Positions 29,405-39,274 of a stretch of DNA of 64,000 nucleotides are shown one piece after another. Position 1 is the first letter of the stretch, and each line of letters opens with the position of its first letter. A program made the translations under genes and the position numbers. This DNA is from an uncultured Gemmatimonadales bacterium (GTDB lineage: Bacteria; Gemmatimonadota; Gemmatimonadetes; Gemmatimonadales; GWC2-71-9). The stretch is taken from the NCBI GenBank assembly GCA_963821525.1, contig CAWGED010000004.1, forward strand, positions 224,001 to 288,000. The letters are read 5' to 3'. Below the pieces are notes generated by a model. It did not search any database. It saw only the letters and a list, made by a program, of their open reading frames with translations, and was not told the origin of the DNA.

Positions 29405-29718
29405 GGCCGGAATCCAAAGGCGAGTAAGGCCGCGACTCCGGCGGCGGTGATGAGAAGCCACATGGCCATGCTCTTGGCCACTTTCAGCAGGAAGAACATC
29501 ATGGCCGCAGCGCCGAAAGCCAACGCGGCGTGAAGTGCGGCGGTCCTGGGGGCGTTGCCCTGGCTGAAGGAGGCGCCCCCGGCGATCGCCCCGAAGATCG
29601 CGGCCATCATGAGGATCCTTCCGATCTTGATCACGATCGCCACCAGAACGATGAGAGCGACGGCACTCAGGACCGTGGGCCCGGGTAACTGGGCGAGCAG
29701 CTCGCCGGGGCCAACCAT
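29401..29718 (-). CDS. Small membrane protein
   Basis: Three to four hydrophobic helices; coupled to its neighbours. Confidence 0.75.
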   Translation of the reverse strand: MVGPGELLAQLPGPTVLSAVALIVLVAIVIKIGRILMMAAIFGAIAGGASFSQGNAPRTAALHAALAFGAAAMMFFLLKVAKSMAMWLLITAAGVAALLAFGFRP

Positions 29719-29720
29719 GC

Positions 29721-32321
29721 TTATCCCTCTCCGCTGCGGCGCTTGAGATCGGCCAGACGGTTGAGGGCCTCGAGCGGCGTGAGCCGGTCGAGATCGATAC
29801 CGCGCAGCTCTTCCATCACCGGATGCTCTCTCGCGGGTTCAGCGAAGAGCGGCAACTGGCCGGGATCCGAAGGCGGCGGCGGGGCTCCCGGCACCACCCG
29901 ATGCTTGCCTTCGAGAGTGCGGAGCAACTCCTTGGCTCGCTGGACGACTCCGCCAGGCAAGCCGGCGAGCTGGGCCACGTGAATTCCGTAGGAGCGGTCG
30001 GTCCCGCCCGGCTCCAGATGATAGAGAAAAATCACCCGGTCCCCCGATTCCTTCACCCCTACGTTGAGATTCCTCGCGTGGGCCAGTTCCTCGGGGAGTT
30101 GCATCAGCTCGTGGTAGTGAGTCGCGAACATCGTTCGGCAGCCGACCGTGTCGTGGAGGTATTCCGTCACCGCCCACGCTATGGCGACGCCATCATACGT
30201 CGAGGTTCCGCGACCGATCTCATCCAACAACACCAGGCTCCGTTCGGTCGCGCTATGGAGGATGGCGCTGGTCTCGCTCATTTCGACCATGAAGGTGGAC
30301 TGGCCGCGGGCCAGATTGTCGCTCGCGCCGACTCTGGTAAAGAGCCGGTCCGCGACCCCGATCTCCGCCGCCGCCGCGGGCACGAACGAGCCGAGCTGGG
30401 CCATTACCACCGAGAGCCCTATTTGGCGCAGGATGGTGGACTTACCGGCCATGTTGGGTCCTGTGACCAGCAGCACCCGTTCCGCCGGTTCGAACCGCAC
30501 ATCGTTGGGAATAAAGGATTCCCGCGGCATCAGCCGCTCGATCACCGGATGACGGCAGGCTCGGAGCGACAGATTCGGGCCGTCGTGCACGTCGGGACGG
30601 ACATAGCGGTTGCTGACGGCGACCTCCGCCAAGGCGGTCCACGCGTCGAGATGGGCCAGCACCTTCGCCGTCCGATGGACCCGCTGGGCGGCTGAGCCAA
30701 TCCGGTCCCGCAAGGCGGCGAACAGGTCCGCTTCTCGTGCCGCGATTTTTTCCTCGGCGCCCAGGACTTTGGCTTCGTAGTCCTTGAGCTCCGGCGTCAC
30801 GTACCGCTCGGCGCCAGTGAGGGTCTGCCGGCGCTCGTAGTCGCTGGGGACCCGAGCCGCATGGGCATTGGTGATCTCCAGGAAATACCCGAAGACCTTG
30901 TTGTATCCGACCTTGAGCGAGGAAATCCCGGTGCGCTCGCGCTCCCGTTGCTGCAGCGTCGCGATGTACTGCTTCCCCCCGTCCCGCAAATGGCGGAGCT
31001 CATCGAGACTCGGGTCGAATCCCGGGCGGATCACGTTGCCATCGCTCAGTGAGACGGGCGGTCTCTCCGAAAGTCCGGCCTGAAGCTCCTTCGCCAAGTC
31101 TCCCAGAAGATCGAACGAATCGATCAGAGTCCCCAGCTCCGCGCTGCGGTCTCTCTCGGCCAGGCCGGTAAGGGCTTCCAGCGCGTCGGGCAGTCGGAGG
31201 AATGAATCGCGCAGGGCGCCCATCTCCCGCGGCGTGGCACGGCCGGCAGCCGCTCGGGCGGAAAGCCGTTCCAGGTCGCGCACGCCGTCCAGCGCTTCAC
31301 GGACACGCGCTCTTCCCCGGTGGTCTTTCGCGGTGACTTCCACCGCATCCAGTCGCGCGTTGATGGCGATCGGATCCGCCAGCGGCGAGAGGACCCATTG
31401 GCGGAGGAGCCGGGCGCCCATCGGCGTCATCGTCAGGTCGAGCGCCTCGAGCAGCGTGACCCCCCGCGCACCGGCGCGGAGCGGTTCCACCAGCTCGAGA
31501 TTCCGCCGGGTCATCTCGTCGATCCAGAGGTAGCGCGCGGGGCGGCGGATCGAGGGCCGATCGAGGTGCAGTAGTCCGGCGGGCTGGAGCTCTCCGATGT
31601 AGCGCAACAATGCGCCGGCCGCGCCAAGTGCTGGTGCGTCGTCAGGGCCGACGCCCAGGCCGTCCAGCCCCTTCAGCTCGAAGCGCCGCGCCAGGTCCTC
31701 GCGTGCCAGCTCAGGATCGAATTCCCAGCGCTCCCTTTGCGTGCGCAGGATTCCGTCTCCCAGGGTGAGCTCCCAGTCGCCGGGGAGCACCACTTCGCTG
31801 GGGGCAATCCGGTCGAGGGTATCTCGGAGCGAATCGGAGGGGACAGTTTCCAGCAGGAATTCGCCGGTACTGAGATCGATCGCCGCGATGCCGACCGACC
31901 GGCCGTCGGATCCGGCCTGGCCGCTTACCGAGGCGAGATAGTTGTTGCGGCTTCCGGGTAGGGTGCTTTCATCGAGAATGGCTCCGGGCGTTATCGTCTC
32001 GACCACTTCCCGCCGGACGATTCCCTTCGCCAGTTTCGGGTCTTCGACCTGTTCGCAGATCGCGACCCGATGTCCCGCCGCGATTAACTGCCGGAGATAA
32101 TCCGCCGCCGCCTTGACCGGCACGCCGGCGAGGGGGACTCCGTCACCCCGCGAGGTGAGGGTGATACTCAGTATTCGGGAGGCCAGATGGGCGTCTTCGA
32201 AAAACATCTCGTAGAAGTCGCCCATGCGGAAAAACAGTATCGCGTTCCGGTGGCGGGACTTGATCTCGCGATACTGCTGCATCAGTGGAGTGCCGGCGGC
32301 ATCCGCCACGCGTTCTGTCAC
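29721..32321 (-). CDS. mutS: DNA mismatch repair protein MutS
   Basis: TPLMQQY, FRMGDFYEMF, TGPNMAGKST, STFMVEM, LLDEIGRGTST, FATHYHEL, SYGIHVA. Confidence 0.97.
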   Translation of the reverse strand: MTERVADAAGTPLMQQYREIKSRHRNAILFFRMGDFYEMFFEDAHLASRILSITLTSRGDGVPLAGVPVKAAADYLRQLIAAGHRVAICEQVEDPKLAKGIVRREVVETITPGAILDESTLPGSRNNYLASVSGQAGSDGRSVGIAAIDLSTGEFLLETVPSDSLRDTLDRIAPSEVVLPGDWELTLGDGILRTQRERWEFDPELAREDLARRFELKGLDGLGVGPDDAPALGAAGALLRYIGELQPAGLLHLDRPSIRRPARYLWIDEMTRRNLELVEPLRAGARGVTLLEALDLTMTPMGARLLRQWVLSPLADPIAINARLDAVEVTAKDHRGRARVREALDGVRDLERLSARAAAGRATPREMGALRDSFLRLPDALEALTGLAERDRSAELGTLIDSFDLLGDLAKELQAGLSERPPVSLSDGNVIRPGFDPSLDELRHLRDGGKQYIATLQQRERERTGISSLKVGYNKVFGYFLEITNAHAARVPSDYERRQTLTGAERYVTPELKDYEAKVLGAEEKIAAREADLFAALRDRIGSAAQRVHRTAKVLAHLDAWTALAEVAVSNRYVRPDVHDGPNLSLRACRHPVIERLMPRESFIPNDVRFEPAERVLLVTGPNMAGKSTILRQIGLSVVMAQLGSFVPAAAAEIGVADRLFTRVGASDNLARGQSTFMVEMSETSAILHSATERSLVLLDEIGRGTSTYDGVAIAWAVTEYLHDTVGCRTMFATHYHELMQLPEELAHARNLNVGVKESGDRVIFLYHLEPGGTDRSYGIHVAQLAGLPGGVVQRAKELLRTLEGKHRVVPGAPPPPSDPGQLPLFAEPAREHPVMEELRGIDLDRLTPLEALNRLADLKRRSGEG

Positions 32322-33181
32322 TGCTCCTTCACCAGGAATGGGGAGCCGCCAACTGCTCCGCGCACTTTCGGTATGGCCGCCTGCGCCTTATCGCGATCAG
32401 GGTAGGGGCCGGCTCTTACCTTGAGAAGATTCCCGTCTTTCACCGCGTAACCTTGCAGGCCCGCGGATTTGAGGGAGGCGAGCAATTTGTCGGCGGCGGC
32501 CTGAGTGGTAACGGCGCCGACCTGAATGCCGTAGCCCTCGCGCGACGCTGTTGCGGGCGAAGGCGGTTTCGCGGTATCGGCAGCCTGGGTGCTCTCGGGC
32601 GGGACTCCGCCGGCGCAGCGCCCCTTGTAAAACTCGAGCTGGTTTCTGACTTCGACGTCGCCGCCCGACGCGGCAAGGCCGGTAGCTACCCAGCGACACC
32701 CGTCTGCCGGTTTCCGGGTCTCGAATGCCGCGCGTGCCGCCCAGAAGGCCGCGGTTGGAATCAGCGGGCTCTGCGGGTAGTCGGTCGCCACCTTTCCCAT
32801 CTGTCGAAGCGTCCCCTGTGGATTCCCTCCGGCGTAATCCAGCATGCCAAGCCGAACCAGTGCGTCGTCGGCCCAGTCAGAGTACGTGTATTCGACGGCG
32901 ACGCGAGTGTATTGACGCCGCATCTCATCTACGCTGCGGGAGACGAGGCCGAGGGTATACAGCGCCTGGGGATAGAGACTGTCGGTCGGCGTGAGCTGGT
33001 TGATTACGCGATTGACCGAAGCGCGAGCGGAATCTCCCATACCCTCCTGGGCCAGCCTCACCGCTTCGACAAGGCGCGGATCAGTTTGGGCGCTGAGCCG
33101 GCTCGTCAGCGCAAGCGAGAGGAACAGGATGCCACGGGCCACGCTGTTGAACAGTTGGTGCCGCCGGTGGGCAAGGATCAT
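32318..33181 (-). CDS. Exported TPR + SPOR domain protein
   Basis: Signal peptide, TPR-like helices, C-terminal YGIQVGA...KVRAGPYPDR. Confidence 0.85.
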   Translation of the reverse strand: MILAHRRHQLFNSVARGILFLSLALTSRLSAQTDPRLVEAVRLAQEGMGDSARASVNRVINQLTPTDSLYPQALYTLGLVSRSVDEMRRQYTRVAVEYTYSDWADDALVRLGMLDYAGGNPQGTLRQMGKVATDYPQSPLIPTAAFWAARAAFETRKPADGCRWVATGLAASGGDVEVRNQLEFYKGRCAGGVPPESTQAADTAKPPSPATASREGYGIQVGAVTTQAAADKLLASLKSAGLQGYAVKDGNLLKVRAGPYPDRDKAQAAIPKVRGAVGGSPFLVKEQ

Positions 33182-33184
33182 TCG

Positions 33185-34306
33185 TCAGACTCCCGCTGGT
33201 GCGTTTCGGGTGGAGCCTCGGGTTCCCTTCACCAACCGTCCTGTTCTTCCTCCGCCCAGCTGGAGGACCAATCCGGTCAACACTCCACCTTCATCCGATA
33301 CGCGACTGTCCTTGAGGGCCCGGTCGGCAGCGAGGGCTGCGGCGATCGCCCCGTTGAGGCGATCCACCGGCCACGCTTCGGCCCAGCGGCTCCAATTACT
33401 CGCCTCTTCCTTCCATTTGCCGAGTCCGAAGAGTCTCAAGCGGCGGATCGCATCGAATACGACCCGTTCGAGAGCGCTTCCCCGCTGTTGCCGGTCGTAA
33501 TGGCTCCGTGCGATCGAGACACCCAGCAGCGAGGTGCCGAGTAGGGTGACCAGCTTGACTCCCGACATTCCCGACTGAGTCAGCACCGGTTGTAGTACGC
33601 GAATCGCGCGCGGAGTATCGTCGCTCAGCACCGCGTCGCGCCAATCGAGGGCGGTCTCACCGTGGCGCACGCCGACCAGCGCTCCGACTCGTTCGGCCGT
33701 GAGTAGCTCCGCGGTCTCCGGCAGGGACGCGAGCTTTTCCAGCTCACTGCGCAACGCGCCGAGGTCGTTGTCGCACGCGGCCGCGAGATGCTCCGCCGCC
33801 CCTGGTTCCAGGCGAACCTTGAGCCGCTCGGCCCGATATGTCACCCACCGGACCACGCGCTCGGGTGGCAGCGGGTCGAAGTGTACCGCGTACGTCCGCG
33901 CGACCAGCTCACCATCCGGCTCCCATTCGCGAATCTTGTCTTCGCTGGGAGCGTTTTCCACCAGGATGACTACGGTCTCTGATGCGGGGTTCTCAAGATA
34001 CTTGAGGAGAACCGGACGCGGAGTGGTCTTCCGCTTCCAGGTCTCGGTGTCGCGCAACACGAGGACCCGCCGGGCCCCGAACATCGGCAACGCGTTGAGC
34101 GCGCCATGCAGTTCGTCGGGGTCCAGACCCGCCGCCGACCTCTGCTCGAGAGCGAAGGATCGGTCCGCCGCGGGTAGCGCCAGATCGAGAATGGTCTGGA
34201 GTGCCTCTTCCCGGAGCACTACCTCCGTGCCGTAGAGATAGTAGACCGGCGACAGCTCGCCCCGGGAAAGAGCCCGGAGCAGATCATCGGAGGAATGGCG
34301 CGGCAT
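33185..34306 (-). CDS. holA: DNA polymerase III delta subunit
   Basis: PVYYLYG.E, LPMFGARRVLVL, YLENP, LRSELEKL. Confidence 0.85.
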   Translation of the reverse strand: MPRHSSDDLLRALSRGELSPVYYLYGTEVVLREEALQTILDLALPAADRSFALEQRSAAGLDPDELHGALNALPMFGARRVLVLRDTETWKRKTTPRPVLLKYLENPASETVVILVENAPSEDKIREWEPDGELVARTYAVHFDPLPPERVVRWVTYRAERLKVRLEPGAAEHLAAACDNDLGALRSELEKLASLPETAELLTAERVGALVGVRHGETALDWRDAVLSDDTPRAIRVLQPVLTQSGMSGVKLVTLLGTSLLGVSIARSHYDRQQRGSALERVVFDAIRRLRLFGLGKWKEEASNWSRWAEAWPVDRLNGAIAAALAADRALKDSRVSDEGGVLTGLVLQLGGGRTGRLVKGTRGSTRNAPAGV

Positions 34307-34371
34307 GCCGGAATTTTAGGGGTGAAGACGGGGGACAAGCTAGGCGGAAACCGCTGCTTCTTTTCTACCTC

Positions 34372-34788
34372 CTACGGCGCCCTCCGAAAGGCGACGAATG
34401 GAATTCCAGGGATCATTTGGGGACGGGCAAGCACCGCCGGTTTTTCGGCGGCAGACACAGTGGGCACGTCGGTGGACTGCCGAATGGTGAAGACCACCAG
34501 GGTCGCTAATACAAGCGCGGCCGCGGTGGCGGCCCAAGGAGAAACTCGCGGCGGGATGGGTTCGGGCACGGCTTCGCCCGACGCTATGCGGGCATTAAGT
34601 CGGTCCCGGAATTCGGGGGAGGGGTCGAGCCGGGCGCCCCGCAGCATGTTCACCCCATGGCTCACCGCCCTGTCGTAGGCGGTGCAGTCGGGGCAGGCCG
34701 CAAGGTGATCCTCCATTTCCGCCACCAAGGCAGGGTCCGTCCCGTCACGGTAGGTCGAATACAAACTGCGGAAGTCTCGGCAGCGCAT
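34372..34788 (-). CDS. Zinc-finger (zf-HC2) anti-sigma factor
   Basis: MRCRDF...HLAACPDC (HxxxCxxC) plus TM helix, downstream of the ECF sigma. Confidence 0.85.
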   Translation of the reverse strand: MRCRDFRSLYSTYRDGTDPALVAEMEDHLAACPDCTAYDRAVSHGVNMLRGARLDPSPEFRDRLNARIASGEAVPEPIPPRVSPWAATAAALVLATLVVFTIRQSTDVPTVSAAEKPAVLARPQMIPGIPFVAFRRAP

Positions 34789-34859
34789 GGAGATCCGGGA
34801 GCTGAAGGGAATCCTCCGAACACCAGCCTGGGTACGTCGGCCCGACCCATCCTTTCCAG

Positions 34860-34886
34860 TATACAGGCAAACCCGGCGAAAGTTCC
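34860..34886 (-). promoter_or_regulatory. ECF-type promoter upstream of the anti-sigma gene
   Basis: Minus strand GGAACT-N16-GTATA. Confidence 0.55.
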
Positions 34887-34899
34887 TAAGTGACTGAAA

Positions 34900-35529
34900 T
34901 TAATCGAGGTACGGCCCTATGAGTTCGGCAAATGCCTGCCGGGCCCGGTTGAGCCGGCTCTTCACTGTTCCCAGGTTGCAATGGGTGATCTCGGAGATCT
35001 CTTCGTAGCTCTTCCCTTCCAATTCCCGCAGCACGAACACCTCGCGATGCCGGGCCGCCAGCCTGACGACGGTCCGGTCCACCAATTCACGTAACTGGCG
35101 GCGGGCGTACAGATCGTCGGGCCGGGTCGCAGGATCCTCGTACTCGTAAGGACGGGATTCGTTCTCGTTCTGGCGTTGACGGAAATATTGAAAGAGGACC
35201 AGCGGGGAACGGCTCCGGTTGCGCAGCTCGTTCTTGGCAAGATTGGAGGCGATGGTATAGAGCCAGGTGGAGAACTTCCGGGCCGGATCGAAGCGATCGA
35301 GGTGACGGTACACCCGGAGGAAGGCTTCCTGCACCAGGTCCTCGGCCCGCTCCCGGTCCCCGATCATCCGGTAGACGAAGTTGAGCAGCCGGACTTGATA
35401 GCGGTCGACCAGAATCTCGAACGCCCGCGAATCTCCGTTCAGGTGGGCGGTGATCAACTCGTTCACCTCGGCGGCCGGCGGCCGCTTCCGGCTCAGGCGC
35501 CGGAGGAGACTTCGGCCCTTGAACGACAC
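34900..35529 (-). CDS. ECF RNA polymerase sigma factor (RpoE/SigW-like)
   Basis: GDSRAFEILVDRYQ, AEDLVQEAFLR, FSTWLYTIASN, LRELEGKSYEEI, GTVKSRLNRAR. Confidence 0.93.
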   Translation of the reverse strand: MSFKGRSLLRRLSRKRPPAAEVNELITAHLNGDSRAFEILVDRYQVRLLNFVYRMIGDRERAEDLVQEAFLRVYRHLDRFDPARKFSTWLYTIASNLAKNELRNRSRSPLVLFQYFRQRQNENESRPYEYEDPATRPDDLYARRQLRELVDRTVVRLAARHREVFVLRELEGKSYEEISEITHCNLGTVKSRLNRARQAFAELIGPYLD

Positions 35530-35566
35530 CCTTGATCAGCCGCGTGAGAGTTGCCACCCTGCGCTC

Positions 35567-36121
35567 CTACCGGCCTGGTCGGCCAACCTGCGTGACGCAG
35601 CGCAGATAGAGCAGCGCCGCGAGTGTTTTTCCGTCGCTGATTTCACCCTTCGAGATGAGAGTCATGACGTCCGACCACGGCGTCGGGTGCACGTCCATGA
35701 ACTCATCGGCTTCTCTACGGTGCTGCCCTTCTATCAATCCGTCTGCCACGAACAGATGGATTCGTTCGTCGGTGAATCCCGGGGTGGTCCAGATCGAGGT
35801 CAGGTGTCGAAGGCGACCTGCCTGCATCCCGGTTTCCTCTTTCAGCTCCCGGTGCGCGCACTCCTCCGGTGACTCGCCCGGGTCTAACCGGCCCGCGGGG
35901 ATCTCCCAGACGTACCCGTCGGCGGCATGGCGGAACTGCCGGAGCAGCAGCACCCGAGGATCGGCCGAATCCGGAGGGTCGAGCAGCGGCACGATCGCGC
36001 TGGCTCCGGGGTGGCGAACCATTTCGAGCTGTCCTTGGGACCCATCGGGGAACTCGACCGTGTCGACATCGAGGCTTATCACCCGCCCGTGGTACTTCCG
36101 CTCCGTAGAGATCAGACTCAT
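35567..36121 (-). CDS. NUDIX hydrolase (ADP-ribose pyrophosphatase-like)
   Basis: VRHPGA, RQFRH, WEIPAGRLDPGESPEECAHRELKEETG Nudix box, TPGFTDE, DGKT. Confidence 0.92.
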   Translation of the reverse strand: MSLISTERKYHGRVISLDVDTVEFPDGSQGQLEMVRHPGASAIVPLLDPPDSADPRVLLLRQFRHAADGYVWEIPAGRLDPGESPEECAHRELKEETGMQAGRLRHLTSIWTTPGFTDERIHLFVADGLIEGQHRREADEFMDVHPTPWSDVMTLISKGEISDGKTLAALLYLRCVTQVGRPGR

Positions 36122-36162
36122 TCTGAGCCAACATGGGGCGGGTTCCCGGCCCGCACAAGGGC

Positions 36163-36756
36163 CTAGAGCACAGATCTGAGCCAGACTACCGGGATCTTGG
36201 CGGACTCGGCGAGGAGATAGGGGAGTTCGCTGCTGAACTGGCGGGAGATGGGACTCGTGGCGGTAGGTGAAGTGTAGCCGTCGATCGAGACTCGGTGAGC
36301 TTCGAGCCGAAGCCGGAGCGAATGGAACGGGTCGCTTACCAGGAGGGCGCGATGGAGCGATCGCTCCCCCAACCATTGGGCTACCGAGGCCATGGAGGCA
36401 CCGGTCGAGCGGCCTTCGGGGCGAACGACGATGTCGGTCTCCCGCACCCGATTGAGGACCAGGTAGCTCTGCCCGACCGCGGCCTCGCTGACGCGGTCTC
36501 CCTCGCCGATGCCTCCGGTGACCACAATCCTCGGGGCCAGGCCGGCACGATAGAGAATGATTGCGTGATCCAGCCGGGCTCGCAGTACAGGCGAGGGCTT
36601 CCCGTTGTACTGCGCTGCGCCGAGCACCACGATGATGTCGGCGCGCTGACGCTGATCCTGACGGCTGGCCAGGAGCACGGCGATGAAACAAATGACGTAG
36701 ATGCTCACGAGAGCAGCGATCGCGTAGATCACCGCTCGACGAGGGCTGGTCCTCAA
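36163..36756 (-). CDS. YdcF/DUF218 family protein
   Basis: ADIIVVLGAA, SPVLRARLDHA, VVTGG..G..SEA, LLVSDPFHSLR. Confidence 0.88.
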   Translation of the reverse strand: MRTSPRRAVIYAIAALVSIYVICFIAVLLASRQDQRQRADIIVVLGAAQYNGKPSPVLRARLDHAIILYRAGLAPRIVVTGGIGEGDRVSEAAVGQSYLVLNRVRETDIVVRPEGRSTGASMASVAQWLGERSLHRALLVSDPFHSLRLRLEAHRVSIDGYTSPTATSPISRQFSSELPYLLAESAKIPVVWLRSVL

Positions 36757-38138
36757 AGATCGAACCCCTCGCCCTGGCGGGGGATGTCCACCTGCCGGAT
36801 GCCTTCCTCTTTGAGGATCTTCGCCATGGCCTGGGCCGCCGCCACCTCGCCATGCACCACGAATGCCCGGCGGATCGGCCCGCCGAGTCTCCGCACCCAC
36901 GCCCGCAGTTCGTCCCGATCGGCGTGAGCCGAATAGCCCGCCAGCGTCTCTATCTCGGCCTGGACCGCGACCTCCTCCCCCAAAACCTTGATCGTGCGGG
37001 CGCCTTCCTGGATCCGACGCCCGAGGGTGTGGTCCGCCTGAAATCCCACGAAGAGCACCATTGTTCGATGGTCGCCCACGTGATTGGCGATGTGATGCAG
37101 GATTCGTCCTGCCTCCACCATTCCTGATGCGGCGATGATGATTGCCGGGCCGGGCATCTGGTTGAGGCGTTTGGAATCCTCCACCGATCGGATATAGCGG
37201 ACCAGGGAGAAATCAAATAGCCGGGCGGAACGGAGCAGCAGATCTTCGCCGCGATCGAAGAGATCAGGGTGGAGCCGAAAGACATCCGTGGCGTCCACCG
37301 CGAGTGGGCTGTCGATGTAAACCGGGATCTCCGGGATCTGTCCGTCGCGATGCAGCCGATGGAGGCTGTAGACCAGCTCTTGAATCCTTCCGATGGCGAA
37401 GGCCGGGATCAGGATCTTGCCCCCCCGCGCGGCCGTCCTTCTTACGAGCTCGCCGAGCCTGGTCTCCGACTGGCTGACCGATTCGTGAACCCGGTCGGCA
37501 TAGGTGGATTCGATGATCAGTGTGTCCACCGGTCCCGCAGGCGGATCGGGATCGCGAATGATCGGAAGGCCGCGCCTTCCGATATCGCCGGAGAAGACCA
37601 GACGGTGGGTTCCCGCTTCGGTCACCCGGAGATCGATGCTGGCCGAGCCCAGGATGTGGCCCGCGTCAGTGAACTCGAAAGTGAGGAACTTCCGAAGGTG
37701 ATGGGCCCGTCGGTACGGCAGGCCGACCGTGAGATCCTGCACGGCGAACGCATCGGCCATCTCGTAAAGCGGCTCGGACTCGGGTCCTCCCTTGCCATGC
37801 CGCTGGAGATACTCGGCGTCCTTCTGCTGAATGTGGGCGGCATCGGGGAGCATCACTGCCATGAGGTCGCGAGTGGCCGGCGTCGCGAAGATGGGCCCGT
37901 GAAAGCCACGGTTCACCAGTAGAGGCAGCCGCCCGGAGTGGTCGATGTGGGCGTGACTGAGGATGACGGCATCGATGCGACGAGGATCAACCGGCAGGTT
38001 CGCGTTGAGGCTGCGAGTCTCGCTCCGCCGTCCCTGAAAGAGTCCCGCGTCGAGCAGAATGCGGGCACCGGCGGCCTCGAGCAGATGCATCGAGCCGGTG
38101 ACCTGACCTGCGGCGCCGTAGAAGGTGATGCGGGTCAT
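36753..38138 (-). CDS. MBL-fold beta-CASP ribonuclease (Ysh1/TTHA0252-like)
   Basis: GAAGQVTGS, DAGLFQG, SHAHIDHSG, AGHILGS, FSGDIG, ESTY, DSPLA, ASGMVEAGRILHH, YSAHAD. Confidence 0.93.
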   Translation of the reverse strand: MTRITFYGAAGQVTGSMHLLEAAGARILLDAGLFQGRRSETRSLNANLPVDPRRIDAVILSHAHIDHSGRLPLLVNRGFHGPIFATPATRDLMAVMLPDAAHIQQKDAEYLQRHGKGGPESEPLYEMADAFAVQDLTVGLPYRRAHHLRKFLTFEFTDAGHILGSASIDLRVTEAGTHRLVFSGDIGRRGLPIIRDPDPPAGPVDTLIIESTYADRVHESVSQSETRLGELVRRTAARGGKILIPAFAIGRIQELVYSLHRLHRDGQIPEIPVYIDSPLAVDATDVFRLHPDLFDRGEDLLLRSARLFDFSLVRYIRSVEDSKRLNQMPGPAIIIAASGMVEAGRILHHIANHVGDHRTMVLFVGFQADHTLGRRIQEGARTIKVLGEEVAVQAEIETLAGYSAHADRDELRAWVRRLGGPIRRAFVVHGEVAAAQAMAKILKEEGIRQVDIPRQGEGFDL

Positions 38139-38141
38139 CGG

Positions 38142-38264
38142 GAATGATTGAATGGCGGAATGGCGGAATGACCGAATGGCGGAATGATCGAATGGCGAAA
38201 TGATCGAATTGCCGTTGCCCGACTCTCCCATTCAGCCATTCTCCAATTCCTCCATTCTGCCATT
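38142..38264. repeat. Inverted octamer-tandem element (GAATGGCG-type x9 / xxCCATTC x5)
   Basis: Arms 38142-38213 and 38226-38264 fill the upp-MBL spacer. Confidence 0.88.
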
Positions 38265-38267
38265 GTA

Positions 38268-38912
38268 TTACCTGGTTCCGAACAGCCGGTCCCCGGCATC
38301 GCCCAGCCCGGGGAGGATGTACCCGTGTTCGTTGAGCCCGCGGTCCAACGCCGCGGCGAAGATGGGCACGTCGGGGTGACCGTCCAGCATGCGCTTCACG
38401 CCTTCCGGCGCCGCGACCAGGCAAAGCAGCCGAATGCGGCGGGCACCGGCCGTCTTGAGTGTCGTGACTGCCGCGGTCGCGGAGCCCCCGGTTGCGAGCA
38501 TGGGATCGAGTACAAAGTAGTCCCGCTCGCCCTCATCGGCGGGGAGCTTTGCGTAGTAGCGGACCGGCTGGAGAGAATCCTCCTCGCGATATAACCCGAT
38601 GTGCCCGACCCTGGCACTCGGGAGCAGCTGGGAAATTCCGTCGGCCATGCCGAGGCCCGCGCGGAGAATCGGCACCAGGGTCAACTTCTTGCCGGAGACC
38701 ATGCGCCCCGTCATGCGCTCCAGCGGGGTCTCGATCTCCACCGGTTCGGTAACGAGATCCTTCGTCACCTCGTAGGCCATCAGCATCGCGATCTCGTTGA
38801 CCAGCTGCTTGAAGTCCCGTGTGCTGGTCGTCCGGTCGCGAAGCAGCGTGAGCTTATGCTGAATCAGAGGGTGATCGAGGACGGTCAGGTTGGAGAACCG
38901 GGGGCGGCCCAT
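38268..38912 (-). CDS. upp: Uracil phosphoribosyltransferase
   Basis: [57 protein letters not shown]. Confidence 0.96.
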   Translation of the reverse strand: MGRPRFSNLTVLDHPLIQHKLTLLRDRTTSTRDFKQLVNEIAMLMAYEVTKDLVTEPVEIETPLERMTGRMVSGKKLTLVPILRAGLGMADGISQLLPSARVGHIGLYREEDSLQPVRYYAKLPADEGERDYFVLDPMLATGGSATAAVTTLKTAGARRIRLLCLVAAPEGVKRMLDGHPDVPIFAAALDRGLNEHGYILPGLGDAGDRLFGTR

Positions 38913-38930
38913 GGCGGGGGAATATGTGGG

Positions 38931-39098
38931 AGGGGCGGGAGGGCGGGAAGGCGCACAGGGCGAACGGGGCGGACGGGGCGGACGGGGCGGACGAGATGGA
39001 TAGGGCGGACGAGAGGCGGGCGGACCGGCGGACGGAATCAAGGTTCGCTACCCATCGACGCGCCATTCCGCCATTCCCCGTCGCCCGCCCTTCCCGCT
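38931..39098. repeat. Degenerate 9-mer tandem repeat (GGGGCGGAC) plus CGCCATTC x2
   Basis: Direct units 38931-39035 and a short complementary tract 39061-39098, between upp and tRNA-Phe. Confidence 0.75.
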
Positions 39099-39117
39099 AT
39101 ATTCCCGCCCCCCAAAG

Positions 39118-39190
<73 letters not shown>

Positions 39191-39274
39191 TTGCGTCGCC
39201 CTCATTGTTAGCCCGGTCACTGCGGCGCCGCGGCCGCTCTGAACAAGATCAAGAAACTCGCGGGACGTAGCCCC

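Noticed and set aside
35567..36853. 428-aa NUDIX fusion ORF
   Set aside because: The upstream part is an alternative frame of the YdcF and MBL genes; NUDIX starts at 36121
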